Source of the DNA: Chrysomallon squamiferum
Taxonomy: Eukaryota > Animalia > Mollusca
Direction: 5' to 3'
Assembly: GCA_012295275.1 (NCBI GenBank)
Contig: CM022669.1
Coordinates: forward strand, 3,658,001-3,722,000
Length of the DNA stretch: 64,000 bases
The translations under genes were made by a program, and so were the position numbers. Below the pieces are notes generated by a model, which was given only the letters and a program-made list of their open reading frames with translations, made no database searches and was not told the origin of the DNA. Positions 1 through 26,420 of the stretch are shown here, piece after piece. Within the stretch, counting starts at the first letter, position 1. Every line of letters starts with the position of its first letter.

Positions 1-766
1 AGACAGTTTAAACGCTGTTACTGTAGTTACTTTCTTTTTACTGTATACTTGTCTAATACTTTGTAGAGCTTATTGTAGCTTTGTTTACTTCTTACGAATT
101 TCCAGCCAATATTATAGCAGCATCGGTGTTTTTAATTTAGTTTACATGCACCAGATTGAAACCGTCTGAAGGCAGTTCATTATTACTTTCGTGTTTTTCT
201 AATTTCATGCTATTGTTTTTCAAGATTTTTTTTTTTTTGATTTTATTTCTCTGAGCTCATTTTTATTTCACGGTTTTCTTGGCCGACATTTCAAGTTTTT
301 TGTTTTTTAAGTTCCTGCAATTACTTTTTAGGACCCTTCAGCACGTTATGGTTGTCAGCAAAGCGAACGTTTGTTGAGAAAACTTTTTTTTTTTTTTTTT
401 ATTTAGTTATTATTAAGAAACTGGTGTTTACTGATTTCAAATGTTTTTTTTTGCAGAAAAAACAAAAGATCTAGATAAATGTTAAAAGTTTATTTGATTA
501 TTATTATTATTATTATTATTAGTAGTAGTAGTAGTAGTAGTAATATATAAAGATAAGTACTCTTTAATAGCGTCAGTATATGATAGTATTTCAAAACGAA
601 ATACCACCAAACGGTTGCATTAAACTTAAAAACTGAAATGTTTAAACTGAAAAGGCGATACATTCCTATATAAATGTAACATTACCAACGAGACCGTAAC
701 AAGTTCTTTTTTAAAACGTAACGTGATTTTGAAATCTCGATTATGTCATTATCAGACTTTAACAAA

Positions 767-768
<2 letters not shown>

Positions 769-860
<92 letters not shown>
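769..860. repeat. (CT)n microsatellite, representative of many (GA/CT, TAA, AT, CA, AAAT, TATG tracts) across the window
   Basis: Other (GA/CT)n tracts at about 12101, 14468, 18648, 19555, 25579, 30818, 43322 and 59679. Confidence 0.95.
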
Positions 861-863
<3 letters not shown>

Positions 864-2348
864 GTGTCCTCATATTCATTAATTTTTCAAAATCTTGACG
901 ACATCTTCATTCTGAAAACCTTTCTCCAAAGGTTCCATGAATCTGTTTCTGAGTCAATGTTTCTGAGTCATTCAGTGAGCTTTCTGAAGCATGTTATAAT
1001 GACCGACGCTTCAAGCCCGTCAGAAGTCGGTACGAAATTCAGGAATCTGGGTTGTCAAACATGCTCAGTTCTGTACGTCAAACTACCACGACACTGGAAA
1101 TCGTACAGTGCAAGGAGAGAATGGGCTGATATGCAGAGATGTTGAGTGATAGGATACCAGCAACAGGAAGAGCTGAGAAAGAGCTTTTGAAAACATCACG
1201 AGATAGAGGATGGTATTGACTGATTGTCGATCTATTATCCATATATGAATTCAAGTCACAGACTTGGTCAAAGGTTGTATGAATAAGTTAATAACATTCT
1301 GATAAAAAAAAAAAAAAAAAAAAAATTGTTAGGAATTATTTCTCTTTTGTGAAGTAACAATACTCGTCACAACAGCAGCAACAACAACAATAATAAATGA
1401 TGATGATGATAAAAACAAATAATAATGTGTGTATGTATTATTGTGTGTATAGATGTATATATGTATGTATGTACGTATGTACGGTATGAGTGTAAGTATA
1501 TTTGTATGTATTTATGTTTTTATTTTTGTATGTATGTATATATGTTTGTATGTATGAATGAATGAACAAAAATATTATTCTTGTTGTTACTACATTTTTT
1601 TTTTACTTATGTTGATTAATTTTCTTATCAGTCCATATTCAAACAATAATTACCATGAAATATTGTATGAAATAAATGCAGCTGTTTTCTTTTCCATTGT
1701 TAAATAAAACATGTATATTTATCAAGATAGGTAACTTGAATATGTTTCATTTTATACACGAGTTGCGGCCCGTGTAAACATTTTATTACAAACGACTACA
1801 TAGATATAAATAGATTTTTTTTTTTCTTTTAAATTTTTGTACATTTTATTTAATTATGTTAAATAGAACAGTGCAATGTGTTAAAATATTTTCACTGACA
1901 TTTTTTTTTTTTATTCTTTTCATTTCATTATTGATCGCATTCCAATTTCTTTTTTATTTTTATTTTTTTTTTCTCCAGTTTTTCAATCTCCTGTGCTTTT
2001 TAAGGATCGAGAAATATTACTTTAAGTTTTTATTTGACAAAAAGATACATCATTATCCCAATACTGCTTTACATAAATATAGCCTACGTTTGACGGAATT
2101 ACAGACCTCGACTAAGCGCTGGTATTTTACGTCTCTCGTAGAGAGAGAGAGGGGGGGTAAAAAAAAGGATACTACTCGTTTTCCTCAAGGCGAAGGAGTG
2201 TCGATAAAAGACATCAACTCATTCATGCATGCTCGTTTACTGACGCTATGTTAAGCTGTCTACTCGCTTAAAACCGAAAATTCTGCCCTGAAATTGGAAT
2301 TTATGCGGAAACAGAAACACTGTTTGGTTAAGCCGAACGCAAGCACCT

Positions 2349-2386
<38 letters not shown>

Positions 2387-2549
2387 ATGGAAAAGAGGGA
2401 AATGGGCTAAGTATCGATTGAGAAACTCAACCAGGCTGGAAAGAAAATTCTTGACGTTACACATTAGTTGAAAGGGAAGAACTGGGAGGCAGCATTTTAT
2501 GCAAAGGAGTCGAATAGAAACATCTTGTGGTTATTTTTGCTGATGTTAC

Positions 2550-2581
<32 letters not shown>

Positions 2582-2791
2582 TGTCATTGTTAATTTTATT
2601 TTTATTGTTATTGTTATAGTTGTTGTTGTTGTTGTTGTTTTGTCATTGTTATTGTTATTTTTATTGTTATTGTTATAGTTGTTGTTGTTGTTGTTTGTTG
2701 TTTTTGTTTTTTATTATTAATATTCTTTTACTTTACTTTTCTTATTATTTTTAAAATTATTTTTATTTATTTATTTATTTATATATATATT

Positions 2792-2839
<48 letters not shown>

Positions 2840-3046
2840 TTATTTATTTATTTATTTATTTTTTGTTCTGTTTTTGTTATTACTTTTTAACAAGTTTTTA
2901 CTATATTCTTTTTTTTTTTTCAAATTATTTTGCGCTTGTTATTTTTGTCATCATCGTCATTGCCATCATTGTCATCATCATCATTATTATTATTACTATT
3001 ACTTTAAAAAAAACGAAGAGAAAATGTAACAGTAAACTGCATGGCA

Positions 3047-3109
3047 TTCTATTCACATATGTACTGACGTCATAGGATTTCTATGACGTCAGTACATATG
3101 TGAATAGAA
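3047..3109. other. Perfect inverted repeat, 29-bp arms and 5-nt loop, one CRE (TGACGTCA) per arm
   Basis: TTCTATTCACATATGTACTGACGTCATAG-GATTT-CTATGACGTCAGTACATATGTGAATAGAA. Confidence 0.9.
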
Positions 3110-3355
3110 CAGCATTCACTCAGTTGTTATAAAGCACAACTAAAACATCAGGTTCCTAGGATCAAAACCCTGATTCCACTGAGCTATTACCCGTCCAAGC
3201 CAATTTTTTAAAAACAGCGTTATCAAATAAAGTATTATGTGTTTTACTATTTTGTGGAAGGTGCTTGTGAAAGAATTCTTGTTGCTATAAACGATAACAG
3301 TAGCCCAAGGAATGGTGATCCTTATTTTTCAAAAATGTATTTAATATTATCGATA

Positions 3356-3410
<55 letters not shown>

Positions 3411-3753
3411 AAATAAATAAATAAATACAATTTCGGTCAATAAGGGCCAATATCCATGTATTTAATATTTTTGAAACGTGAATGTTGAGATATGAGGTTT
3501 TAAAGTTCAGTGCGTTTTCTTTGTCACATCCGATGTATTTACATCATGTAAGTGAATTAACAGACCATAATTTTCCAATATAATCAGTAATAATAATAAT
3601 AATAATAAGCAAAGAAAAAATTAAACAAAATAAAATACAGTAAAAAATATAGAAAAAACACAGAAAAATCAAAGAAAAAAAAGCATGAAAAAAGTAATAA
3701 AACCCTACCCACCACAGAAAAATAGAAGAAATAATAATAATAATAATAATAAC

Positions 3754-3799
<46 letters not shown>

Positions 3800-4231
3800 G
3801 AATATATAAATACATAAATAGATTAGCTAACAAACAAACAACAACAACAACAATAACAAGAAACAAACAAACAAACAGTACAATACAACAACAAGAAGAA
3901 ACAAAAAAACAAACAAAAACACAACCAACCACTCCAAACAAACAAGAGAAAATACAGGAAGAAAAAAAAAGAGGAAATAAATAAATAAAAACACAAAAGA
4001 TCCAGAAAATTGTTCGAAATTACTCCAGCTTTTCTAAACCTTAACGGATAGTAAATGTAATTCCGTGTTTTCCAAAAGACATTTAGCTCCTCTGGTTAGG
4101 CTCTTCATAAAGTAATTTATCTGACAAGTACTCCTGATTTACGTTGACACGAGAGAAACAATTAACCCATGAATTGTAAAACAGCGACAGGAGTATGTGA
4201 AAAAACATTCATAGACCACGAGAGAGAAAAC

Positions 4232-4470
4232 ATTAACTGATATTAGGATTGTGATAAATAGTCAAATATTTATATTGAATGATATTAGAATTGTGATAAA
4301 TAGTCAAATATTTAAATTAACTGATATTAGAATTGTGATAGTCAAATATTTATATTAAATGATATTAGAATTGTGATAAATAATCAAATATTTATATTAA
4401 ATTATATTAAAGTTATTACAAATAATCAACTACTTATATGAACTAAAACTACAAGTTATAATAGTTAATC
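4232..4470. repeat. ~42-bp tandem repeat
   Basis: TGATATTAGAATTGTGATAAATAGTCAAATATTTATATTAA, about 5 copies. Confidence 0.85.
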
Positions 4471-4944
4471 AACTATTTGTAGTATTACTTCCCAGCAGAA
4501 GAAGAAAAAATCATGAAAACGCAGAGGTTTTATGATAAGAGTTGTCTTACGTTTGAATATTATTTGAAAAGCTAAATGAAAAACAACAACAACCTAAAGG
4601 GTATTGCTTATATTGTCATGCTGTTGGCATGCATTTCCCAACTGATAGTCAGAAATAGATAAATATTGAAAGTGTAATTTAAATTGTATAATTCAAAAAG
4701 TCTGTATTATTATTGGAACATATGAAAAAGAAATAACAGAAATAGTAATAATAATAATGATGATGATGATGATGATAATTATGATGATGATGAATAAATA
4801 AATAGCAAAATATACTTTAAAATAACCCGAGGAGAAATGGAAAATAATAATACTTAAATTCTAACCGTTTAAACAAATAAATTCATATTGATTTCTAATC
4901 CTAACACTAAATTTAAACTCCGCTCTTTTCCTAACATTTTGTCT

Positions 4945-5560
4945 GAAACTAAAACTAAAACTAAACTAAATCTAAAGCTAAGCCTAAAACTAAACTAAAA
5001 TTAAACCTAAAACTAAAACTAAAACTAAAACTAAAACTAAAACTAAATGAACCTGAACCTGAACCTGAACCTGAACCTGAACCTTAACCTAAACCTAAAC
5101 CTAAACCTAAACCTAAACCTAAACCTAAACCAAACCTAAACTAAAATTAAACCTAAAACTAAAACTAAAACTAAACCTAAAACTAAAACTAAAACTGAAC
5201 CTGAACCTGAACCTGAACCTGAACCTGAACCTGAACCTGAACCTGAACCTGAACCTGAACCTGAACCTGAACCTGAACCTAAACTAAAATTAAACCTAAA
5301 ACTAAAACCTAAAACCTAAAAACCTAAAACTAAAATTAAAACTAAAACTAAAACTAAAACTAAACCTAAAACTAAAACTAAAACTAAACTTAAACTTAAA
5401 AGTAATTTCTATTCCTAATCTAAATTCTAAACCTAAACCTGACGTTAATCCTAGATATATATTCATTTTAAAATTCAACCCAGACATAATACGTACTAGA
5501 AATATAGTCATATTAAAATCTACCCTAACCCTAACCATAATATTCATATTGACATCTAAC
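4945..5560. repeat. Telomere-like hexamer satellite (ACTAAA/CCTAAA/CCTGAA variants)
   Basis: Blocks of (AAACCT)n, (GAACCT)n, (AAAACT)n; CCCTAACCCTAACC at 5523. Confidence 0.85.
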
Positions 5561-5850
5561 CGTATCCCTTTCTAGAAATGTATTCATACTAAAATTTAAC
5601 CCTAAACGTTTCTAGAAATGTATTCATATTAAAATTCAACCCTAAATGTTTCTAGAAATGTATTTATAATAAAATTTAACCCTAAACTTTTCTAGAAATA
5701 TATTCATATACAACATCTAACGTTATCCTTTCTAGCAGTTTAATCATATTAAAATTATACCCTGACTACAATATTTTCTAGAAATAAATTAATATTTAAA
5801 TCTAATCTCAACACTAATCTTAACCCTAACTCTTTCTAGAAATAAATTCA
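5560..5850. repeat. ~40-bp tandem repeat
   Basis: TTTCTAGAAATGTATTCATATTAAAATTTAACCCTAAA, about 6 copies. Confidence 0.8.
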
Positions 5851-6094
5851 TACTGGGAATAATGTTTGCAATTTAAACTGAAAAAAATTAAAGATTTAAT
5901 TATGTTCATAAAAAAAAACACTCGCACACTCATATGTACACAGAAATAGACACACACACATACACACACAAACCAAAAAAAAAAAAAAAAAAGAGTAAAA
6001 TAAACAAATAAAATAGAATAAATAAAATACAAATTCACAATAAAGTAAAAACGATAGATATTTAAAAAAAAAAAAAAAAAACAAGGAAAAATAA

Positions 6095-6138
<44 letters not shown>

Positions 6139-6323
6139 AATAAAAACGAAAAAGCTACGAAAATTGTTATATGTCTATACACTGAGTAGAATTGTATTTT
6201 GGGGGGGTATTTATTCAGTTAACACAGATAACTCTTAATATGTTCTGAATGTTGCATTATGAAGTCGATAATCTTGTACTTGTTATCATTATTATTATTA
6301 ATATTTAAATTAGAAATGTTACA

Positions 6324-6371
<48 letters not shown>

Positions 6372-9300
6372 AAACTTGTACTGTATTTCTATCGATATTT
6401 TCGTTCATTCCTCCTTTCTATTGATTCAGATGAGAAATATGTTAGCACGTCAAGCTGATAACTGAAACTGATTTTTAGTAATTGCATATCATTAAATTTA
6501 TCATCAATTAAAAATAAAACGTGTTTTGATAATGACGACGACAGCGCTAATTACAACGTTACATCAATTACTACAACGATAATTTAGAATAAAATAATAT
6601 CTATCTGTCTGGCTGTCTGTCTGTCTGTCTGTCTATCCACCTGTCTCTATATATACACAAAAATAAAAATATACATGTGAGTGTGTGTGTGTGTGTGTGT
6701 ATAGACAGACAGACAGACAGAGAGCGACTTAGAGAGTGAGCTAGATGCATAGATATGCAGATATGCAAATAGACAAATAGCCAGACAGATGTATTGAGAA
6801 ATAGACGGACAATAAGACATTACAAACAGGATAAAGAAGAATTTTATTTTTAAACATCAGGAATCAAACCTGGCCAAAAAGATAATAACATTACGTGTAA
6901 ACTTGCAGCTTGCAAGCAATAGCTTAATGACAGAATTTGCAAGGGTCGTTATGGCAGAAACTTAACACTTTATGTAATGACTTGTTGCCACAAATCTTCT
7001 TAAGATGTTTTTAATGACACGGAGAGATCGAGAGAGATGATTGATTCCACGAACGTAGTCTGGCTTATTGAAGCGCGATAATAGGATATCATCTTCGCTT
7101 AACTTCGCAGTGACAATCGATTATAAACGGAACAGGTTTCTCCCGCTGGACATTTGCTTCCATTACATATTTTGTAATATTGTTCATCACTGACATCGTA
7201 ACTATCATCATTTAATTTTTTTTTTTTTTTTTTTATAAAAGAAGACTAGAAATATGTTACTTAATATGCGGCATGAAATGATTATTAAAAGTGACTTCCG
7301 TGAAAATCCACAAGAAGAAGAGAAAAAAAACAAAAAACCCAACTAATATAATAAAATTAAATTAGAAAAAAAGCTACAGAACAAATAAGATGGCAAACCC
7401 ACGCCATTACAAATAGCAACACGTACAAAAGAGATTAAAACATCGAACTTCTGTCTCGTCTTTTCACACCAAACTTCTCTCACTGCTACTACTTTTTACA
7501 CTGTCACTTCTCCTCCTCCCACTACTACTCTCACCACTATTACTACTACTACTACGACAACATATACCGCTACAGCAACTGATATTACTAATACTATTAC
7601 TACGACTGCTTTTAATGCTGCCTCTACTACTACTACTACTACCACCAGTATAACTATTACTACTACTACTACCATTAACAACTATACTACTACTACTACA
7701 CCTATTGCTACTACTGCTACAAAACTGTTACTACTACTGCTACTGCCAGTACTACTAATAATCATGGTGATGAAGATGCTGACGACGATAACGATTATGA
7801 ACACGCAGAGATAACATGTAAAAAAAAAAAAAAAAAAAAAAACAACCTTTAAAACCAGAAAAAAAAAAATTTGGTTTGGCTTCAGTTTTATCTTGTTAAA
7901 TGAATGTCTCTCTTTTCTTTTCATTATTCAGAAACTAAAAAAATGTTAATAATAGAAGAATGTGAAGAATCGCTTGTTCTTCTTAATCGTGCATTTTGTT
8001 CGTAAAACAAAGAATTAGAGAGACGGCCTGCTGAGTTTAAGAATCTAGGTGTTTGACGTAAACTGAAATACACGTAGTGCATTTAGTTTTATCTGTTTCT
8101 TTTATTATTATTACTGCTGTTCCTGATGTTGTTGATACTGTTGTTGTTGTTGTTGTTATTACTATTATTTCATATTTTTGTACACAAGGACACACAAAAA
8201 AGCGAACAATGAAAGAAAAACTCACAGACTCATAGAGAGAAATAGAACTATATAGATAGATAAATATTAATAAATGTATATTATTTTTCTAAATTATTTT
8301 TGTAAATTATTTATGAATTAAAGTTAAAAATGAAGACAAAAATCAAAGAAACGCTCAGTGAAGAAATCGGGATGAAGAGTATTTTCAGAAGACACAGACA
8401 AATCATTTTTTCAATTTACCATTTCACTTGTTTATTAAAGAGCCCAGTGTTGTTGTTTTTTCTTCTTTTGTTGTTTGTTTTGTTTTACTTATTTATTAAT
8501 TAGTCTTCGTTTGGAAAAGGAGAAAACCTTGTCACAATCGGACATTAAATTACAAAATTTTATCCAAAAAGTTAGGATCGAACTAACAGTAATTGGAAAA
8601 TCAGCTGAAATAAACAATCGATTCGTGGTTCGGATTTGACGGAGTTAATCGATTAAATAATTAATGTGTAAGAATCTTCTGTTTCTTTGCAAATCTTCAT
8701 TCTTTGTATCAACAAGATCGTAATTAATATTTTTGTTTTTTGTTTTAATATATTGAATATGAAATATGTTTTTGACATCTGCATGTTTAGTTTATCACAG
8801 GAAGTGCTTCTGATGTTCTTGTTTGGCGGCTTAATTTCACCAATTACTTTACTTATCGACTTAACATTGCCCGATTGTAATATATCGTTTCGACCGTCAA
8901 AATCGTAAGGACTGAAAATTGATTTTAACCGATAATCGATTAAAAAAAAAAATCTACGTCCTAAAAACGATTTATCATCAAAAATTTAAAGACTTCCGGG
9001 TTGCTGAGAATGACGAACTAATTCCAAAATCAGCTCGAAGATCTTTCTTTTTTATTTCCATTTTCATTATTATACTGCAGTTACAATACTCGAGTTTTCA
9101 TATCAGTAACCAATGTATCAAACACAACTTCTGTATTGTTTCGTGAACCACGACTAGAACACTTTTTTGCATGGTCCCTTTAAAGATCGAGTTATCAGTT
9201 TCTCAAACTTTGCCTATCTATCTACCTGTCTTTCTGTCCGCAACAGGTAATTAGCAAAATGAATAAAGGCAGACACGTGAGACAATTTCCGAGCATTCCT

Positions 9301-9553
9301 GGCACGAAAGGACGCCAATACAATTACTCTGTAATTGCACAGCTAGCAAAACGCTGAATGATGGCTGCCCTAACTAGCAGCATCTTGTCGGACGGACTAT
9401 CGATTGCGAAACTGTGGAAAATGATGACTCCGTATGGCTATTTTCGCACGAGAAGTGCGAAACTAACATTGTTTTAATAAATACATTACTACTGCTGCAA
9501 CTACTACTACTACTAACATGATAAATTTCGAAAATATTCTTTATATATATATT

Positions 9554-9615
9554 GTTTTGAAACAAGTAAAAATCAACCATATATATATATGGTTGATTTT
9601 TATTTGTTTCAAAAC
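9554..9615. other. 62-bp palindrome centred on (AT)n, one mismatch
   Basis: GTTTTGAAACAAGTAAAAATCAACC(AT)6GGTTGATTTTTATTTGTTTCAAAAC. Confidence 0.85.
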
Positions 9616-9689
9616 TTTTAAGTTACTAAGTACTTAACTTATAAATGTGCTACTTAAATATTCAGTACGTAGGTATACACACTTGTACC

Positions 9690-9723
<34 letters not shown>

Positions 9724-9799
9724 TATATATCTTTGTATGTATGTTTGCTTGTATGTATGTATATGTGTATATATGTGTGTGCCTGTGTGTTTGTGTGTG

Positions 9800-9835
<36 letters not shown>

Positions 9836-11320
9836 CACAGTCATACAGACATTAATGCATATATATATACAACATACACATGCATAAGTAAGTACATACT
9901 ATCCATACATACATACATATATATATACATACATATTATCACATATAAATAATACAGAACATATTACAAGTCAAATGTTTATCATTAACAATAATCATGT
10001 TCATAATCAAAATTTGAAATCTCTTCAAGACAAACACGACGATTTACAAATGCATAGATAATTAAATGACTTTATAAATATCTTATGATAATATGATTAT
10101 AAAACAGATCAGTATTTAGACAAAGTATGACGATTAAATTCATAACATGTTATTGTCATTATACCTGCCAGGAAAAAAAATTAAAAAATAAATTCTCAGT
10201 AATAAAAACGATGTAGAAATTGTGTTAAGTACACGTGCGCTGATCAAATTTCGATGTCATGATGGCTTAAGTGTTTCTCAAGGCCGTATCACAACTTTGA
10301 AAAACATGAATCCTTACGCTGATCAAAATAAGGTCGTTGACTTGCAGAAAAAAATATTTTGATTGGTTGGTTGTTTCGCTAAGAAGATAAAAAGTGAATA
10401 TGACATTCCCTTAAGATTTCTGAATGAATGCAATCACATTAAAAATAAATTAGATATGGATACATTAAGTTATTGGTTGATTAAACAAACTTTTAACACG
10501 GAAAAAAAAACAACAACAACGTGCTTCTCAAAGACAAAATATAAAATGTAATAAACACAAACATACACTTTCACAGACACGCAACATATTCACACAAAAA
10601 TACAGTTAAACACACATTATACACGTAAACTGTGGACAGAAGGATACATGCATGTCACATTCACACACAAATGAAAAAAACGTACGTTGATTAAGATATC
10701 AGTTTTAAGATGCAAGACGGAGAGATAGATTCTTGATATCCGCAACTTTATAGATTTAATTAGGAAGTTAACAAAACTAATAATCTAACACACAAACTCA
10801 TTAACACAGTAATACTAACACTAACGTGGATTTGAACATCCAGAAAATATAAATCCATTTTCAAATGTTGATTGTGGATCAGAACAAAATAAAATAATAC
10901 CTTGTTAATGCCTGTTTTAGTAGGAACAGCAGTAGTAGTATAAATAGTAGTGATAGTAGTGATAACAGTAATAGCTGAGAGTAGTAATAGTCGTTGTTAT
11001 AGTGTTTCTACTAGTAGAAGTAGTATTCTTGTTAATATAGTAAAATAATAATAGTAGTAGCAGTAGTACCAATCGTGGTAGTAACAGTGGGAGGACTAGC
11101 TGTAGTAGTTGTTGTTATAGTAGTAGTAGTAGTAGCGGTAACAGCAGTGATATATATATATATATATATAAAGTACTAGTGGTAGCTTATAGTAACGGTA
11201 ATACTAAAAGTAGTATATAACCAAAGCAGAAATATGAATGTATGAAATACAGTAATTTACCTACACGCAGATATATTCTCTTCTTTATACACATATAGGT
11301 ATATATATATATATATAGAT

Positions 11321-11351
<31 letters not shown>

Positions 11352-11579
11352 TGTAGGTGTATATACATTTCGTGAGGAAAGCAATAAAGCCGTGTGACAG
11401 TATTTAAAACATTTGGTTGGCGATAATGTGTCTAACATGCTACTCGAATCAGGCCTAATGCCTTATCGATCAAGGCGGCATTTCATCTGACTCTAGTCTT
11501 TGCAGTCGCGGAAATGTGAGTGGCTGTAATGTATATGACTTCCCATAATATGCCGCGAGTTCGGAGCAGGAGAGGATGT

Positions 11580-11681
11580 GTCTACACGAAAAACACATTT
11601 TAAACAAATCACACATAATACGTGATGTCTATTAGGGAGTCAGGTTCGTCAAATGTTTCTCTGTGTCAGGATGGATGTTTG
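11580..11681 (+). other. Candidate non-coding 5' UTR exon of the nAChR gene (start position approximate)
   Basis: Strong donor TTG|GTAAGT at 11681/11682 in unique CpG-containing sequence; the ATG exon has its own acceptor (taacag|ctgg, 13390/13391), implying an upstream exon. Confidence 0.4.
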
Positions 11682-11974
11682 GTAAGTGTCTTTTCCATCA
11701 TACTGGCTTTCTTTTTGTTTCTTCTGTGCGATTTGAAAAGAAAAAAAATATTTATAATTTTAAGAAGATGGCAAGTTTTGTTATAATTGAGATAATTCGT
11801 AGAAAAAGTATGTATATATTCGTTTTACGTGTTTGCGTCTGTTATATGTGATGTACTTACATACATATAGTTTATATCTTTATGTAGCTATCTATGTATG
11901 TATGTATTGACACTCAGATACACACACACCATACTAAAACACGTATTACGTACATACAAATACACATATTCATA

Positions 11975-12054
<80 letters not shown>

Positions 12055-12098
12055 TATATATATAGATAGATATATATATATATACAATAAATAAATAA

Positions 12099-12196
<98 letters not shown>

Positions 12197-12439
12197 TTTT
12201 ATATCCTCTGCTTTTTTTCTTCCGTTCACTTTCCAAGATGTGACTTTCCATTCATGAAATTTCAACTAACAGAAAATGTGGTGAAGTGAGATGACAGATA
12301 TGAATGACCTTTTAAAGTGTTTATTCAAGGATATGAAACGTGTGAACCCACAATGAACCGAATCTCTACGAGTGTTTGAGCAGCGTTCTGCTGTTTGAGA
12401 TTGTTTGGTGGTGCTAATCTGACTACAAGGTGAAAAGGA

Positions 12440-13395
12440 ACTTTACTAATACCTAAATAACGTTCTGTTGTACAAGTGAATGTTTTCTATATGTGATAAA
12501 GAAACATTAGCAGTTTCTAGATGATGGTAAGACGTTACAGTTGATCTCAGCTAGAGTCTACAAACGTTCTCTTATGCAACACTGACAGTTATTTGACAAA
12601 ATGTGACAAAGGAACAACCAGTTCTAAGTAACGTTTTACTGTACTACAGCAACATTCGCAACGCCCTTTACATTAAATCACAACACAGACTGGTGCTACA
12701 AGCTACATAGAAGCTCTGATCGTTTCTAAATGATATATATTTTTATACTACATCGGTAGCGACGGTTACATACTTGTAACAGTATTCTGTTGTACAACAT
12801 GGTGTTGGTAATTTAAGATGATGACTTCTTAATAATGTTTTAGTGTACAACACAGAAATATAACAATACAAGAAGAAGGAATCTGTTAATAATGCGTTAG
12901 TGTACTAACTGGACTAATAATAGTAATACGAACTGGAAACATCGGATGGTGATGGTTCTTTGTTACCATGTTTCAAAAGACCTCCGCTGGTTTCAAAATA
13001 ACGTTCTGTTGCACAAGAACAGATGACGTTAGTATTGTACAAAGGACTTGTATCAGGCTTTAAATAAAATTCTATTGAACAAGTTCAGATGGAATCATCG
13101 TACACAGAAACTATGAGCTTTATAAATAATGTTCTATGCGAAGGTATCAGCTAGTGATATTACTAATCAAAGAAACTCTGAATTTTTAAATAATAGTCTA
13201 CTGTATAATATAAGCTGTCATTACGAAGAAGCTAAGAGTTTTTAAACAATGTTACAGTGTATAACCATAAGCTGATATTACCTTACAAAGGAACCTATGA
13301 CGTTTTAAACAATACTGTCTTGTACAGTATAAGCTGACATTGTTTTACAAAGAAACAACGTGTTTTGTATGTTATGTTGTGTAATAACAGCTGGT
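12440..13395. repeat. Highly degenerate ~60-bp tandem repeat ending at the nAChR ATG-exon acceptor
   Basis: Recurring AATAACGTTCTGTTGTACAA...AGCTG motifs. Confidence 0.55.
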
Positions 13396-13423
13396 GACGG
13401 AAGTTTGAAAAAAAAAATCGGAT

Positions 13424-26420
<12,997 letters not shown>

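Noticed and set aside
682-1145. ORFs of 65 and 140 aa
   Set aside because: They are kept open by the (CT)n tract and show no recognisable domain or supported exon chain.
11653-11681. Alternative nAChR coding start exon
   Set aside because: ATG 11653 is phase-incompatible with exon 2, and ATG 11675 gives no signal peptide. It is treated as a UTR exon.
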